From Bacteriovoracia bacterium (GTDB taxonomy: Bacteria > Bdellovibrionota > UBA1018 > JBFWNL01), in the NCBI GenBank assembly GCA_050251055.1, contig JBFWNL010000012.1, positions 1 to 64,000 of the forward strand: a stretch of 64,000 nucleotides of DNA. The letters are read 5' to 3'. This document shows positions 36,192 to 46,866 of this stretch, piece after piece. Under the pieces are notes generated by a model that saw only the letters and a program-made list of their open reading frames with translations, was not told the DNA's origin and made no database searches. Positions within the stretch are counted from its first letter, which is position 1. Each line of letters begins with the position of its first letter. Made by a program: the position numbers and the translations under genes.

Positions 36192-39100
36192 TCAGCTGCA
36201 ACCCATGCTGTTGCCGCAATTCAGGCACTTGTAGCACGCGCCGTTGCGGACGGTGGTGTGGCCACAGCCGTCGCAAGGAGGCGCATCGCCCATCATTTCC
36301 GCCAGCTGCGAACCCAAACCGAGCTCCATCTGCGAAACGTTTCCCGGTAGGTCAATGCCGCTGGCGATTTGCGCCGCCGGATCGGCCGGGATCATCTGCG
36401 AAGCGGGCTTATCCGCCGACAGGTCCACCGGAGATACTTCCGGCTTCACTTGCAGGAAGTCCGTACGTCCCAGATATTCCATACCGAGCACGCGGAAGAG
36501 ATAGTCGACGACCGAAGTCGCCATCTTCACGTTCGGATGGCCCTTCACCATGCCGGAGGGTTCGAAACGCGTGAACGTGAACTTATTCACGAACTCACGC
36601 AGCGGAACCCCGTACTGGAGGCCCAAGCTCACGGCGATGGCAAAGCAATTCATCATCGAACGATAAGCGGCGCCTTCCTTGTGCATGTCGATGAAGATTT
36701 CGCCCAAGGATCCGTTTTCGTACTCGCCCGTACGCAGGTAAAGCTTGTGGCCGCCCACTTCGGCTTCCTGCGTGAATCCGGCGCGCTTATTTGGCAAGCG
36801 GCGGCGAATCGGCGCGTACGTCATCTGCGCGGGCTGGGCGGCCGCAGCGGCGGCCGGCTTAGCTTCCGCTTTATCTTCGGATTTAGCCGTATCGGACTTC
36901 GTCGAAAGAGGCTGCGAGAGCTTGCAACCGTCGCGATAAAGCGCGATGGCCTTCAAGCCCAGCTTCCACGACTGGTAGTAGATGTCCTTGACATCTTCGA
37001 CCGTCGACTCGTTCGGGATGTTCACGGTCTTGGAGATGGCGCCGGACAAGAAAGGCTGGGTAGCCGCCATCATCTTCACGTGGCCCATCGGCGCAATATA
37101 GCGCTGGCCCTTGGCGCCGCACTTGTTCGCGCAATCAAAGACCGCGAGGTGCTGATCCTTCACGTGCGGGGCGCCCTCGACCGTCATCGTACCGCAGATG
37201 ACCTCGTTGGCTTCCCGAATCTGCGCTTCCGTCAGTCCCATCCAACGCAAGAAGTTGAACGTCGGCTTCTGGAAGATTTCGGCGGCGATGCCGATGCGTT
37301 TCAGCGTCTCGTCGCCAATGGCGAAACGGTGGAAGGCGCTCGACAGCTCGAAGGTGGAGGGCAGGGATTTTTCGATCTTGTCGATTTCACGATCGGTGAG
37401 GCCTTTCGACTTCAAGGTCTCGCGCGTGAGGAACGGCACGCCTTCCAAACTCATGGTTCCTAGAACGTAACGGATGATGTCTTCGATCTGCGGACGGCTG
37501 TAGCCCAAGTTCTTGAGCGCGAGCGGCACCGACTGGTTGACGATCTTGAAGTACCCGCCGCCGGCGAGCTTCTTGAACTTCACCAGCGCGAAGTCAGGCT
37601 CCACGCCCGTCGTATCGCAATCCATCAGTAGACCGATCGTGCCCGTGGGGGCAAGCACCGTCACCTGCGAGTTCCGGTAGCCGTGCTTTTCACCCAGCGC
37701 GAGCGCCTGGTCCCAATCTTCGCGCGCGGCCAGGACCATGTCCTTCGGCGCCTTCGTTTCATCAATTTGGTAAGACGCCTGGCGATGCTGAGAAATCACC
37801 TTCAGCATGCTACGGCGGTTCTTCTCATACCCCGGAAACGCGCCCATCTGCGCGGCCTCTTCCGAGCTCACGGCGTAAGCGTGCCCACACATGATGGCGG
37901 TCAGGGCGCCGGCCCAGGCGCGGCCTTCTTCGCTGTCGTACGGAATCCCCTTCAACATGAGCAGCGTGCCCAGGTTCGCGTAGCCCAAACCCAACGGGCG
38001 ATAATCATGGGAGTTCTTCGCGATCTGCGCCGTCGGATAGCTCGAGAGATCGACCAGGATTTCCTGGGCGACGATGAACACGCGGCAGGCATGACGGTAA
38101 GCTTCGACGTCGAAACTGCCGTCTTCGCGCAAGAACTTCACGAGGTTCAACGACGCGAGGTTGCAAGCCGTGTCGTTCAAGAACATGTATTCCGAGCAGG
38201 GATTGGACGCGAAAATGCGGTCCGTATCCAAGCAGGTGTGCCAGTTGTTGATCGTGGTGTCGAATTGCAGCCCCGGATCGGCGCAGGCCCAAGCGGCCTC
38301 CCCTACCTTGTTCCAGAGGTCGCGCGCCTTATAGGTGTTCGCGATCTCGCCGGTCGTGCGCATCTTCGTGGACCAGTCCTTATCCTGGTCGACGGCGCGC
38401 ATGAACTCATCGGTCACGCGCACGGAGTTATTCGAATTCTGCCCGGCGACGGTGCGGTACGCATCGCCGTTGAAATCGGAGCTATAGCCCGCGGCAATCA
38501 GGGCCGCGACCTTGCGCTCTTCACGGCTCTTCCACGTGATGAAATCTTCGATTTCGGGGTGGTCCATGTCGAGGCAGACCATCTTGGCCGCGCGGCGCGT
38601 GGTCCCGCCGGACTTCGTGGCGCCCGCGCCGCGATCAAACACTTCCAAGAAGCTCATCAGACCCGACGAGGTGCCGCCGCCCGAAAGCAACTCTTGCTTG
38701 CCGCGAATTTTCGAAAAGTTCGTACCCGTGCCCGAGCCGTACTTGAACAGGCGGGCTTCGTTCTTGAGCAAGTCGAACATCGACATGAGATCGTCATCGA
38801 CCGACTGAATGAAGCAAGCCGAGCACTGCGGATGCTCGTAAGCGTTCTTGGTTTGCTCGACCTTCTGGGTGTCGAAGCTCCAGGCGTGGTTACCGCCCGA
38901 GCCCTGAATCCCGTACTTGTGCCAAAGGCCCAAGTTGAACCACACGGGGGAGTTAAACGCCCCCAGCTGGTGGATCAGCATGTAGGAAAGTTCGTCTTCG
39001 AACGCTTGGGCCGCCGAAGCGTCGAAATAGCCGCGGCGCTCGCCTTCGTGGCGGATGGTATGCGCGAGGCGTTCCACGACCTGGCGCACGGAAGTTTCAT

Positions 39101-39467
39101 GGGACAGCTCGCCCTTAGCGTTGGGCACGCCCGCCTTACGGAAATACTTGGAAACGAGGATGTCGATCGCGAGCTGGCTCCAGCCGGCCGGGACCTCCAC
39201 GTCCTTCATCTCAAATACAACTTTGGAATCGGTGTCTTTGATCGCGGAGGAAGCTTTACGGTATTCCACCTGATCGAGTGGGTTCTTACCGGCCTGGGTA
39301 AACTGGCGGGCGAACTTCAAACCGTGCGCGAGTTTGCTCGACTGCTTCGCGCCGGCCATACGCGCGCCCACGGGCTGCGTGTTCAAAATGGCTTTCTTCT
39401 TCGCTTCAGTGTGCTTCACGTTTTCTTTGGTACCGTCTTTTTCAGTGCTCTTCATGTTCACTTCCAT
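36192..39467 (-). CDS. nrdJ: Class II vitamin B12-dependent ribonucleotide reductase
   Basis: 'QCSACFI', '[10 protein letters not shown]', thiyl-radical 'ASNPCSEY', 'TACNLAS', 'APTGTIG', TSCPD domain and terminal Zn-ribbon CxxC...[11 protein letters not shown]. Confidence 0.96.
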   Translation of the reverse strand: MEVNMKSTEKDGTKENVKHTEAKKKAILNTQPVGARMAGAKQSSKLAHGLKFARQFTQAGKNPLDQVEYRKASSAIKDTDSKVVFEMKDVEVPAGWSQLAIDILVSKYFRKAGVPNAKGELSHETSVRQVVERLAHTIRHEGERRGYFDASAAQAFEDELSYMLIHQLGAFNSPVWFNLGLWHKYGIQGSGGNHAWSFDTQKVEQTKNAYEHPQCSACFIQSVDDDLMSMFDLLKNEARLFKYGSGTGTNFSKIRGKQELLSGGGTSSGLMSFLEVFDRGAGATKSGGTTRRAAKMVCLDMDHPEIEDFITWKSREERKVAALIAAGYSSDFNGDAYRTVAGQNSNNSVRVTDEFMRAVDQDKDWSTKMRTTGEIANTYKARDLWNKVGEAAWACADPGLQFDTTINNWHTCLDTDRIFASNPCSEYMFLNDTACNLASLNLVKFLREDGSFDVEAYRHACRVFIVAQEILVDLSSYPTAQIAKNSHDYRPLGLGYANLGTLLMLKGIPYDSEEGRAWAGALTAIMCGHAYAVSSEEAAQMGAFPGYEKNRRSMLKVISQHRQASYQIDETKAPKDMVLAAREDWDQALALGEKHGYRNSQVTVLAPTGTIGLLMDCDTTGVEPDFALVKFKKLAGGGYFKIVNQSVPLALKNLGYSRPQIEDIIRYVLGTMSLEGVPFLTRETLKSKGLTDREIDKIEKSLPSTFELSSAFHRFAIGDETLKRIGIAAEIFQKPTFNFLRWMGLTEAQIREANEVICGTMTVEGAPHVKDQHLAVFDCANKCGAKGQRYIAPMGHVKMMAATQPFLSGAISKTVNIPNESTVEDVKDIYYQSWKLGLKAIALYRDGCKLSQPLSTKSDTAKSEDKAEAKPAAAAAAQPAQMTYAPIRRRLPNKRAGFTQEAEVGGHKLYLRTGEYENGSLGEIFIDMHKEGAAYRSMMNCFAIAVSLGLQYGVPLREFVNKFTFTRFEPSGMVKGHPNVKMATSVVDYLFRVLGMEYLGRTDFLQVKPEVSPVDLSADKPASQMIPADPAAQIASGIDLPGNVSQMELGLGSQLAEMMGDAPPCDGCGHTTVRNGACYKCLNCGNSMGCS

Positions 39468-39698
39468 TCTCTCATCCCCCCGGATCGCGAATCACGTGGT
39501 CGCGATCCAAAACTCCCCACAAAAAAATAAACAACCCTAGCTTCGGGACCGCCAACCATAAGCCTAAAGGCGAGCCGTTTGCCAGCTTTACGTCGTACTA
39601 GTTCTGTCTTGTGTCGGGTTACATCGAACCACTTGAAATCAAGACCGTCGTTTACTTGAAAATAGATTGAAGCGATTTTCCCGAATTGTCAAAACTGT

Positions 39699-39745
39699 GA
39701 CCTACATTTTGGGTGGCTCATTTTGAGCCCCACTACGGATAGTGT
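39699..39745. promoter_or_regulatory. Tandem NrdR-box-like sites upstream of nrdJ
   Basis: gacCTACATTTTGggt (39699-39714) and ccaCTACGGATAGtgt (39730-39745), with starts 31 bp apart as in canonical NrdR box pairs. TTGACA lies on the minus strand at 39687-39692. Confidence 0.6.
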
Positions 39746-39872
39746 TTCAGCCCCCGCGTTAGGCGCCCGAAGAGACAGGGTTTTCTAAGACCATATAAGA
39801 CAGACAAAGGTCCTTATATTTTTAGAAGCTGGGTGTAAGCTCACCCCATCATTTGATCAATTACTCAATGCG

Positions 39873-41114
39873 TTATTGCACTGACAACTTGCGCAATCGC
39901 TCAAGAATAGGCGGGTGACTGTACTCAAGAAACACTTTCAGCGAGTGCGGATGCAAATTGGATAGATTCTCCACGCTTAGCTTCTTGAGCGCGAGCGCCA
40001 AATCCGCGGGTTTTTGCGTGGTTTTCGCGGCGTAGGCGTCGGCTTCGAATTCATGTTGGCGCGAAAGACCGGAAAAAAAGGCGGAAATCCACCGGGAAAG
40101 CGGGCCGTACAAAATCGTGAGCGCGACCAAGCTTCCGTACACGGACACGCGCTCGATCCCGAACGCGGCAAATAGCCGCGCGTCGTGCATGAGCAGCCCC
40201 ACCACGTAAAAGCTTAGTGCGCTGAAGCCTAACGAAATCAAAATCATCTTGAAGATATGTTTCAGCTGATAATGGCCGATTTCATGCGCGAGCACGCCGA
40301 CGAGCTCGTCGACCGTGTGTTTTTGAATCAGCGTATCGAAGAGCACGATGCGTTTGGCGGCGCCAAAGCCCGTGAAAAACGCGTTCGCTTTCGACGAGCG
40401 CTTGGATCCGTCCATCGTAAAAATCCCGCTCATGCGGAAACCATGCTTCGCCGCGAACGCGTGCACCTTCTCCTTGAGTTCCCCCTCTGGAAGCGGGGTA
40501 AACCGATTGAAGAGCGGCATGATCCACGTGGGCGCGATAAAAACTAGGAGAAGCTGGAAAACCGCCAAGGCGGCCCAAGCGTAAAGCCACGCCCACTCTC
40601 CCGTCCGCTCGAAAAACCACAGTACTCCCGCGACGGCCACGCCGCCGATCAGAGCCGCCAAGATCGAACCCTTCACCAAATCCTGTGCGAAAGTAAGGGG
40701 GGTGGTGCGATTAAATCCGTAACGCTGTTCGATGACGAAGGTGGAATAAATCGCGAACGGCAACCTCAGGACGCGCGAAGCAACGGCAAGCGCGCCGATG
40801 TAAAACAAGCCTACGGTGACCTCTCCCCCGCCCCAGGCGGCTCCCCACTCCCGCGCCCATACGTCCAACCGCTCAAAGCCACCCCAGCCCCAGAACGCGA
40901 TGAAAATGGCGAGAAGGATTGCTCGATGGACGAGTCCAAAACGGGTCGTGTCGCGCAAATACGCTTGCGCCCGGGCATATTTATCGGCGGGATAGAGATC
41001 CCTGAATTCCGCCGGTACCTCGGCGCGCACATTGCTTAAATTCAATGCTTCGACGACAAGCTCGAAGAGAAAATCAACGATCAACCAGGCGATCAGGACA
41101 TAGCCAAGCGTCAT
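39873..41114 (-). CDS. M48 family zinc metallopeptidase (Ste24/CAAX protease-like)
   Basis: Multi-TM, 'MDGSKRSSKANAFFTG', HEIGH zinc motif, 'EFEADAYA', 'YSHPP'. Confidence 0.93.
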   Translation of the reverse strand: MTLGYVLIAWLIVDFLFELVVEALNLSNVRAEVPAEFRDLYPADKYARAQAYLRDTTRFGLVHRAILLAIFIAFWGWGGFERLDVWAREWGAAWGGGEVTVGLFYIGALAVASRVLRLPFAIYSTFVIEQRYGFNRTTPLTFAQDLVKGSILAALIGGVAVAGVLWFFERTGEWAWLYAWAALAVFQLLLVFIAPTWIMPLFNRFTPLPEGELKEKVHAFAAKHGFRMSGIFTMDGSKRSSKANAFFTGFGAAKRIVLFDTLIQKHTVDELVGVLAHEIGHYQLKHIFKMILISLGFSALSFYVVGLLMHDARLFAAFGIERVSVYGSLVALTILYGPLSRWISAFFSGLSRQHEFEADAYAAKTTQKPADLALALKKLSVENLSNLHPHSLKVFLEYSHPPILERLRKLSVQ

Positions 41115-41151
41115 GGTCCAGCAGTATAGGCGAGATCGACGCGCGTAGCCA

Positions 41152-42684
41152 CTAGTAACGGATCGCGTTCAGATAGAGCCGCCGGATATTGGCATCGGCT
41201 AGGAAAGGGCTGTTACCGCCAGCATTGAAGTAAAAGCCGATGACTTCGCCCTTTTCGAACTTGCGCATCGCCACGGCGGGCATGCCCTTGTCGTCCTTCA
41301 GGATCGGTAAGACCGGATTTTCCGCGAAGTTGCGCACCGGCCCTAGATTTCCGCCAATGCTAAAGCGAATAGGCGCGGTAAGACCAGCGGCTAAAGGGTG
41401 CTTATCCTGGCCATCGAACGCAGTGAGGGTAACTTGCCGCGTGCCCGACGTGCTATCGCTCGAAAAAAGCGTGACGTCGGTCATCTTTGCCATGCGTCCG
41501 TTCTTCAGCTCGAAAGCGTTCCACTCCCCGTGGATAAAACGTCCGCCTGCCTTCACGAAATTCACGATCGCTTCTTGGCCGGCGACCGGCATATCGGTCC
41601 CGGAGGTCCCGCCGTTAAAATGGATCACCACGTCGGCGTCGGCGATCCCCACGCCGACAAACTGGGTTTCCTGCACCGCCGTGAGGGTGAGCTCGATATC
41701 GTCGTTGCCCTGGGTGAGGTATTGCGCGAAGGCCGCGGTCTGGGTGCCGTTTAGCACATCAAGGACGAGCAAAACGGCCTGCACGCGCTTGAGTACCATG
41801 CCAGCGGCCTGGGCCTCCTCCGTGGTCAGCGGCAAGAGCGAACGCTTAGTAAAGATTGCCGCCGCAAGCTTGGCCTTGGCCAGCGTACTGTCGCGAAAAT
41901 CCGCCGCGTGCAGATCCGCGCCATCCATCATGGCATTATCGAGCGCGGCACCGCCGGCGCGCACCCGACGCAGCTTCGCCCCCTTGAAAGAAACGCCCCG
42001 CAGATCCGCGCGCTCCAACACCGCCCCCGTCAAATCGGCCCGCTCTAGCGTCGAACGGGAGAAAACGCCCTGGCGAAACATCGCGCCCGTAAAGCTAGCT
42101 TGCGTCAACCCGGAATCAATGAACTTGGCCTGGGCCCCGGTGGCGGAGCTGAGGTTCGCCTCCTCGAGCTTACAACCGGTGAAACTCGCCCCATCGAGCT
42201 TCGCACCCGAGAAGTTGGTTTTATTGAAGATTGAGTCCGTCGCCACGACGTCGGTGAGATCCGTGCCGCGGAAATCGGCGCCGGTGAAGTCGTTATTGAC
42301 GAAGTGCATGTCGATGAGCTTCACGTTCTTTAGCACCGCGCCCTTAAAGCTCGCGCGGTCAAGTTTTGTCCCGTCGAGTTCGATGCCCGACAGAATGGCG
42401 GTTTCAAAGTTGGTCGCCGTGAGATTCGCTTGGGCGAACGTCGACTTCTGTAGGTCGGCCCCGATGAACTGCGATCCACTGAAGTCGATCCCGTTGAGGT
42501 TCAAGCGGCCGAGCACCACCCCGCGTAGGTCGCTGCATTGGCCCAGATAAGAAGGGTTCAGGCCCGGCTGTCCATTCGCATTCTGGCATTTCCCGTCGCG
42601 GTACCGGTAACCCAAGTCTCCCGCCATCGCGTAACCCACCACCCATGCGTAGATCAGACCCACCACCGCCGCGCTTTTGATCAC
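41152..42684 (-). CDS. Secreted pentapeptide-repeat protein with C-terminal ThuA/GATase-I-like domain
   Basis: Signal peptide, Cys-pair cap, long A(D/N)(L/F)xx repeats, C-terminal 'DVVIHFNG...AIVNFVKAGGRFIHGEW'. Confidence 0.8.
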   Translation of the reverse strand: MIKSAAVVGLIYAWVVGYAMAGDLGYRYRDGKCQNANGQPGLNPSYLGQCSDLRGVVLGRLNLNGIDFSGSQFIGADLQKSTFAQANLTATNFETAILSGIELDGTKLDRASFKGAVLKNVKLIDMHFVNNDFTGADFRGTDLTDVVATDSIFNKTNFSGAKLDGASFTGCKLEEANLSSATGAQAKFIDSGLTQASFTGAMFRQGVFSRSTLERADLTGAVLERADLRGVSFKGAKLRRVRAGGAALDNAMMDGADLHAADFRDSTLAKAKLAAAIFTKRSLLPLTTEEAQAAGMVLKRVQAVLLVLDVLNGTQTAAFAQYLTQGNDDIELTLTAVQETQFVGVGIADADVVIHFNGGTSGTDMPVAGQEAIVNFVKAGGRFIHGEWNAFELKNGRMAKMTDVTLFSSDSTSGTRQVTLTAFDGQDKHPLAAGLTAPIRFSIGGNLGPVRNFAENPVLPILKDDKGMPAVAMRKFEKGEVIGFYFNAGGNSPFLADANIRRLYLNAIRY

Positions 42685-42708
42685 GTCTTCCTCCGTATCC
42701 TTCCGCCG

Positions 42709-44250
42709 CTAGAGATTCGCCGCATTCAAGTACAAGCGACGAATCGGCGCCAAATTCAAGCAAGTCCCACCGTTGAGGGTACAAGTAAAATAAAACCCTA
42801 CCACCTTACCCGCGCCAAACTTCCGTGTCACCACCGCAGGAATCCCCGCCGCATCCTTCATCAACACGGTTACGGGATCTTGGGCAAACGTACGGACGGT
42901 ACCTGTCCTCATCCCCGCCACGCCATTCAGCGCCAGGGGCGCGCCGACGCCTTCGAGAAGCGGGTGCTTCTCTTGACCCGCTTCCGGGGTCAGCACGACT
43001 TTGCGGTCACCCGTCGTATCGGTGAGATCAAAAAGGCTCAAATCCCGCATCTGTTTCAAGGCGTTATTGAAACGAATCTCGTATCCGTTCCACTCGCCAT
43101 GAATGAAAATCCCCCCCGCCTGCACGAACGCCACCAACGCGAGCTGGCCCGCCTCCGGAATGTCGTTCGAAAACGTCGTGCCGTTGAAGTGAATCACGAC
43201 GTCGTAGGGGGCCAGCGAGAGCTTGCCATCGAAGAGATATTCGGAATTCGGGGAGAAGGTCGCGTCGACTCCCTGCTCATTCAGGTGCTTGCCGAAATCC
43301 TTCACCAGGTCCGACAACGTATCCCACAGGATCAGCGCCGCGACTGCCTTGCGGAAGACCATTCCCAGCTTCTCCGCTTCGGCTTGAGTTACGGGGAGCT
43401 GGGTGCGCTTGCTGAATATCGCTTGCTTGAAGTTCGCCTGCTCAAGCACGCAATCCATCAGATTGGCGCCGTGCAGGTCGGCTGCTTCGAAGCGAGCACC
43501 GGTTAACTTCGCCCCATTTAAGGCGACATGGCGCAGGCGGGCGCCGGCGAAAGCCGCGTTGGTGGCATTTGCCCGGGCCAGGTCGGCCCCATCCACGAGG
43601 CTGCGGGTAAAGCTCGCGCGCGAAAGGTCAGCGCCCGCGAGCTTCGCACCCCCGAGCTTGGCATCGGTGAAATCCGTTCCCGGAAAAGCAGTATCCTTGC
43701 CTACCACGCCGCTCAAGTCGGCGCCGACGAACTTACAGTCGGTGAAACGGGCGGCATCGAGCTTCGCTCCCGAAAAAACCGCCTTATTGAAGTTGGAGGC
43801 GCTCGCCACGACGTCGGTCAAATCGGTGCCGCGAAAATCGGTTTCCGAAAAGTCGTTCCGCACGAATGGGGTTTCAATTACCTTAAGGTTCTTGAGTCCC
43901 GCCTTGCGGAAACTCGCGCCGTCTAAGGTCGTATTATCGAACTCAACCCCCGAGAGGACCGCGTTGTCGAAGTTCGCGCCCGTGAGATTCGACTGGGCGA
44001 AGGTGGATTTTTGGAGATCCGCACCGGTGAACTGGGCGCCGCTGAAGTCAATCCCGTTGAGATTCAGTCGTCCCAGCACCGTGCCACGTAGATCCCCGCA
44101 TTGCCCCAGATACGAGGGATTCAGCCCGGCCTGTCCGTTCGCGTTCTGACACTTCCCTTCGCGATAGCGAAAGCCTTGGTCGGCCGCCTGGGCGCCCGGC
44201 GCCCACAGCACCGCCGCCCCGAGTGCAATCCCTAGCGCTCGCTGAAACAT
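42709..44250 (-). CDS. Secreted pentapeptide-repeat protein with C-terminal ThuA/GATase-I-like domain (tandem paralog)
   Basis: Same architecture, with a near-identical N-terminal 'RYREGKCQNANGQAGLNPSYLGQCGDLRG'. Confidence 0.8.
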   Translation of the reverse strand: MFQRALGIALGAAVLWAPGAQAADQGFRYREGKCQNANGQAGLNPSYLGQCGDLRGTVLGRLNLNGIDFSGAQFTGADLQKSTFAQSNLTGANFDNAVLSGVEFDNTTLDGASFRKAGLKNLKVIETPFVRNDFSETDFRGTDLTDVVASASNFNKAVFSGAKLDAARFTDCKFVGADLSGVVGKDTAFPGTDFTDAKLGGAKLAGADLSRASFTRSLVDGADLARANATNAAFAGARLRHVALNGAKLTGARFEAADLHGANLMDCVLEQANFKQAIFSKRTQLPVTQAEAEKLGMVFRKAVAALILWDTLSDLVKDFGKHLNEQGVDATFSPNSEYLFDGKLSLAPYDVVIHFNGTTFSNDIPEAGQLALVAFVQAGGIFIHGEWNGYEIRFNNALKQMRDLSLFDLTDTTGDRKVVLTPEAGQEKHPLLEGVGAPLALNGVAGMRTGTVRTFAQDPVTVLMKDAAGIPAVVTRKFGAGKVVGFYFTCTLNGGTCLNLAPIRRLYLNAANL

Positions 44251-44279
44251 GGTTTCGCCCTTTCCCTAGGCAAAGTTTT

Positions 44280-45416
44280 TTACTTCGACTTCCAAGCTTT
44301 GACCGCTTCGATATAGCTGAGAGATTCCGCTTCCGTGAGCTTGGGGTGCCCAAACAACCCGCGCGTGGGGTAAGCCACCCAGGCGGAAGACATCGGCAAG
44401 TTGTCGGTGAAGAGTTGCGTCGCCACCCGGCACAGATCTTCGGTGCCTTTGTTCAGGCTGAACACCTGGGTGCCCTTGGCGGCGCTGCCGTCCTTGTGGC
44501 AGTTCACGCACTTGGCCGAGTTGAGCACCGGCTGCATCTTCGCCGTGAACTTATCTAGGTTCATGCAAGCCATGGCGGCACCGGCTTCGGCGCGCACGAA
44601 AGAAACGGTGAGCTTAGGATTAGCCAAGCCGTCCTTCATCAGGATTAGGGTCGCGCCGGAGAGAACCGGCGACGCGGTAGTGATGCTTCGATCACCGGCG
44701 ACGGGCCAAAAATTGATGTTCTTGGCCACTCCCGCGTAGGCGTTCTCGATGCTGTCGTACTTGCCGTTGAGCAGGATCTTGATGTTCTCGACATAAATCG
44801 GCGCCACCCCGTTCACGATCCGAGGCGCCCGCAGACGGTAAGCACCCTTCACGCCGGTCGCCGCATCCACGAAATCCTGGATGTCGACCTGAAAGAGGGC
44901 GCCTCCAAAGCTGGCGTCGACGTCCTTGAGCGGGAACGAAAGCGTCGCGAAACCCGCGTCGGGCTTCGGCAGATTGACCGGCACGGCGAGCGGCGCCGTG
45001 AACATCCGTCCGTTGCGCATGCAAGATTTCTCTCCACCATCCCACCACGCGGCCGAGGCCGCTTCGGCTTCCTTACCGGATTCGCCTTCGCAAGTTTCCA
45101 GGTTGCAGTGGCCATTACCCGCGCGGATTACGAGCAGCGACTCGGGAATCTGCGAGAAGTTCATGTAGTTCACGACGGTGTCGTAGCTCGCTTCCACGTC
45201 GCTCACGGCGAACGCCGGCGCGTTCGGACGGCTGCCGTCGTGGCACTTCGCGCAGTCCTTGCGGATCTTCTTATATAGGGTGGACTGGAAAGACCGAAAG
45301 CCCTCTTCGCACGTCGCCCCAAACGCGGGCGCCGAAAGCACGCCCAACACGATCAGCAGACTCAAAACCCAAACCGGCAGACCCCGGCGGCAAATCGCCC
45401 TTGCCCCGACTTTCAT
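44280..45416 (-). CDS. Exported diheme c-type cytochrome of unknown function
   Basis: Signal peptide, two heme motifs (CAKCH and CVNCH), and an additional 'GHCNLETC'. Confidence 0.75.
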   Translation of the reverse strand: MKVGARAICRRGLPVWVLSLLIVLGVLSAPAFGATCEEGFRSFQSTLYKKIRKDCAKCHDGSRPNAPAFAVSDVEASYDTVVNYMNFSQIPESLLVIRAGNGHCNLETCEGESGKEAEAASAAWWDGGEKSCMRNGRMFTAPLAVPVNLPKPDAGFATLSFPLKDVDASFGGALFQVDIQDFVDAATGVKGAYRLRAPRIVNGVAPIYVENIKILLNGKYDSIENAYAGVAKNINFWPVAGDRSITTASPVLSGATLILMKDGLANPKLTVSFVRAEAGAAMACMNLDKFTAKMQPVLNSAKCVNCHKDGSAAKGTQVFSLNKGTEDLCRVATQLFTDNLPMSSAWVAYPTRGLFGHPKLTEAESLSYIEAVKAWKSK

Positions 45417-45420
45417 GCCC

Positions 45421-46854
45421 TCACGCCCCGCCTTCGAAAATCAGGACGCTGTCAAGCTGACCCGCCCCCGTGAACACGCCCGGAGCCAGCGCCGCAAACT
45501 CGTTTAGCCGCCCTTGGACGTTGAGATAGTTCGCGAGCACGGCGTAACCCACCAGCGAGGGTTCTCCCCCGATGAGGGTGTTGCGCTCGGCGCCCTGACC
45601 ATTGGTGTAATACCCCACCTGCTTGCGGATCATCTTGGGCGCGCCCTTCGGATTATAGTAACCGATAACGGTCATGCACTTGTCGCCGCTGTCGCCACGC
45701 CATTTGCGAGTGCCGACCTGAGCGTCCGTGCCGCCGTCCGTAAGAAGCTGGAAGAAGAAAGGCTTCTTCAAACGGTGCGCGAGCTCCACCGCGCGGCCGA
45801 TCTGAATGCCCATCTCGCGGTCCTTGCCGTCCCCCGTCGTCTGCGTGCCGTCGTGGTAGTCGCAACCGCCCAGCGTCCATACGCTGGGGCCGGCCTGCGC
45901 CTTGAGGGTATTCATCGTCAACGAGGCGATCACCGCCGGGAGCGTACCCGGGTCCGTGTTGGCGTTGATGCCGTAAACCGCCTGCGCCTCCGTATCCAAG
46001 CGCGGATCGAGGCCCGCCACGTTATTCAGGAAGACCAGGCTCTTTTCGTAACCGCACTTGGAGAGCTCCTTGAGCACGTCGCCGTCGGTCTGGTCCAGGA
46101 AGTCCTCGGCCTGCTCGCGACTTAAGGTGATCCCGCTGTCGGCCATGGCTTTCATCTTGGGGACCTTGAAACCCTTGAAAGGCTGGCCGCCGAAATTCGT
46201 GGCGCCTAGCACGTCGTTCACGCTGCGAACGAAGGTAGGCTTGTAGGCGGCGCTAGCCACCACGGGGGCGCTGTTGCCGCCCGAAAGCGAATCGATCATC
46301 GAGATCCCGTTGGACACGTACGCGCCGCGGAAACCCGCGCGCAGCGCAAGCGTGGCCGCGTTCATGCGATTGCCGCTCGTGTCGTCCTGCGCGAAGTGGC
46401 AGAAGCTCCCCATGCGCAGGTTGGCCCGCGCCTCGGGGCTCGCGTTCGTGAGAATGCCCTCGAGCAGCTTGCTGTACTTCGCCGACATCGGGATGCCGAA
46501 GTCGGTATTGAGCGCGCCCCCTTCCTTCGGGTTCCAACCCAGGAGATCGTACTTGGTAAGTAGATCTTCCGGGCCGCCCTTGAGGCCCACCAGGAAGTTC
46601 GCCGGAAGCGCGGCGCCGCCCGCCATGTCGAAAGCCATGAAGGGCACCATGCTGGAGCCGACATCGCCGCCGCAATCCGCGGCGCGGGCCTGCTTCAAGC
46701 CCCAGAGCAGCACGCTCGGCATGGCCGTGGCCGCGCTGAACGCGATCAAGCCGTGCGACAGGAAGTCCCGGCGCGTGACTAGCTTATGGTTGCCTTCGGA
46801 GAGGTGCTTCTTTAGCTGCGCGCTGATCTCGAATTTGGTCGATTTAAAGTTCAT
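45421..46854 (-). CDS. Tat-exported DUF1501-like protein
   Basis: Twin-arginine TRRDFL plus h-region. 'DMAGGA' and 'GGCDYHD' parallel the GG and GGxDxH motifs of DUF1501. Confidence 0.65.
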   Translation of the reverse strand: MNFKSTKFEISAQLKKHLSEGNHKLVTRRDFLSHGLIAFSAATAMPSVLLWGLKQARAADCGGDVGSSMVPFMAFDMAGGAALPANFLVGLKGGPEDLLTKYDLLGWNPKEGGALNTDFGIPMSAKYSKLLEGILTNASPEARANLRMGSFCHFAQDDTSGNRMNAATLALRAGFRGAYVSNGISMIDSLSGGNSAPVVASAAYKPTFVRSVNDVLGATNFGGQPFKGFKVPKMKAMADSGITLSREQAEDFLDQTDGDVLKELSKCGYEKSLVFLNNVAGLDPRLDTEAQAVYGINANTDPGTLPAVIASLTMNTLKAQAGPSVWTLGGCDYHDGTQTTGDGKDREMGIQIGRAVELAHRLKKPFFFQLLTDGGTDAQVGTRKWRGDSGDKCMTVIGYYNPKGAPKMIRKQVGYYTNGQGAERNTLIGGEPSLVGYAVLANYLNVQGRLNEFAALAPGVFTGAGQLDSVLIFEGGA

Positions 46855-46866
46855 GGTCGCCTCCCC

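Noticed and set aside
36192-39467. Intein or intron in nrdJ
   Set aside because: Catalytic motifs are contiguous and no splice-junction or homing-endonuclease motifs are visible.
37683-39530. 615-aa plus-strand ORF
   Set aside because: It lies antisense to nrdJ and has no motifs; a typical shadow ORF caused by GC-rich codon bias.
39468-39700. Cobalamin riboswitch upstream of B12-dependent nrdJ
   Set aside because: I could not find the B12-box or the conserved core elements by eye; an Rfam scan is needed to exclude it fully.
41240-44149. Repetitive plus-strand ORFs (436 aa and 248 aa)
   Set aside because: They mirror the pentapeptide-repeat genes on the opposite strand.
41152-44250. Qnr-type quinolone resistance genes
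   Set aside because: Signal peptides, length over 500 aa and an extra C-terminal domain do not fit Qnr.
45421-46854. Type II secretion GspF label (as I recall, sometimes given to similar proteins)
   Set aside because: It has a Tat signal and no multi-TM platform architecture, and there are no T2SS genes nearby.
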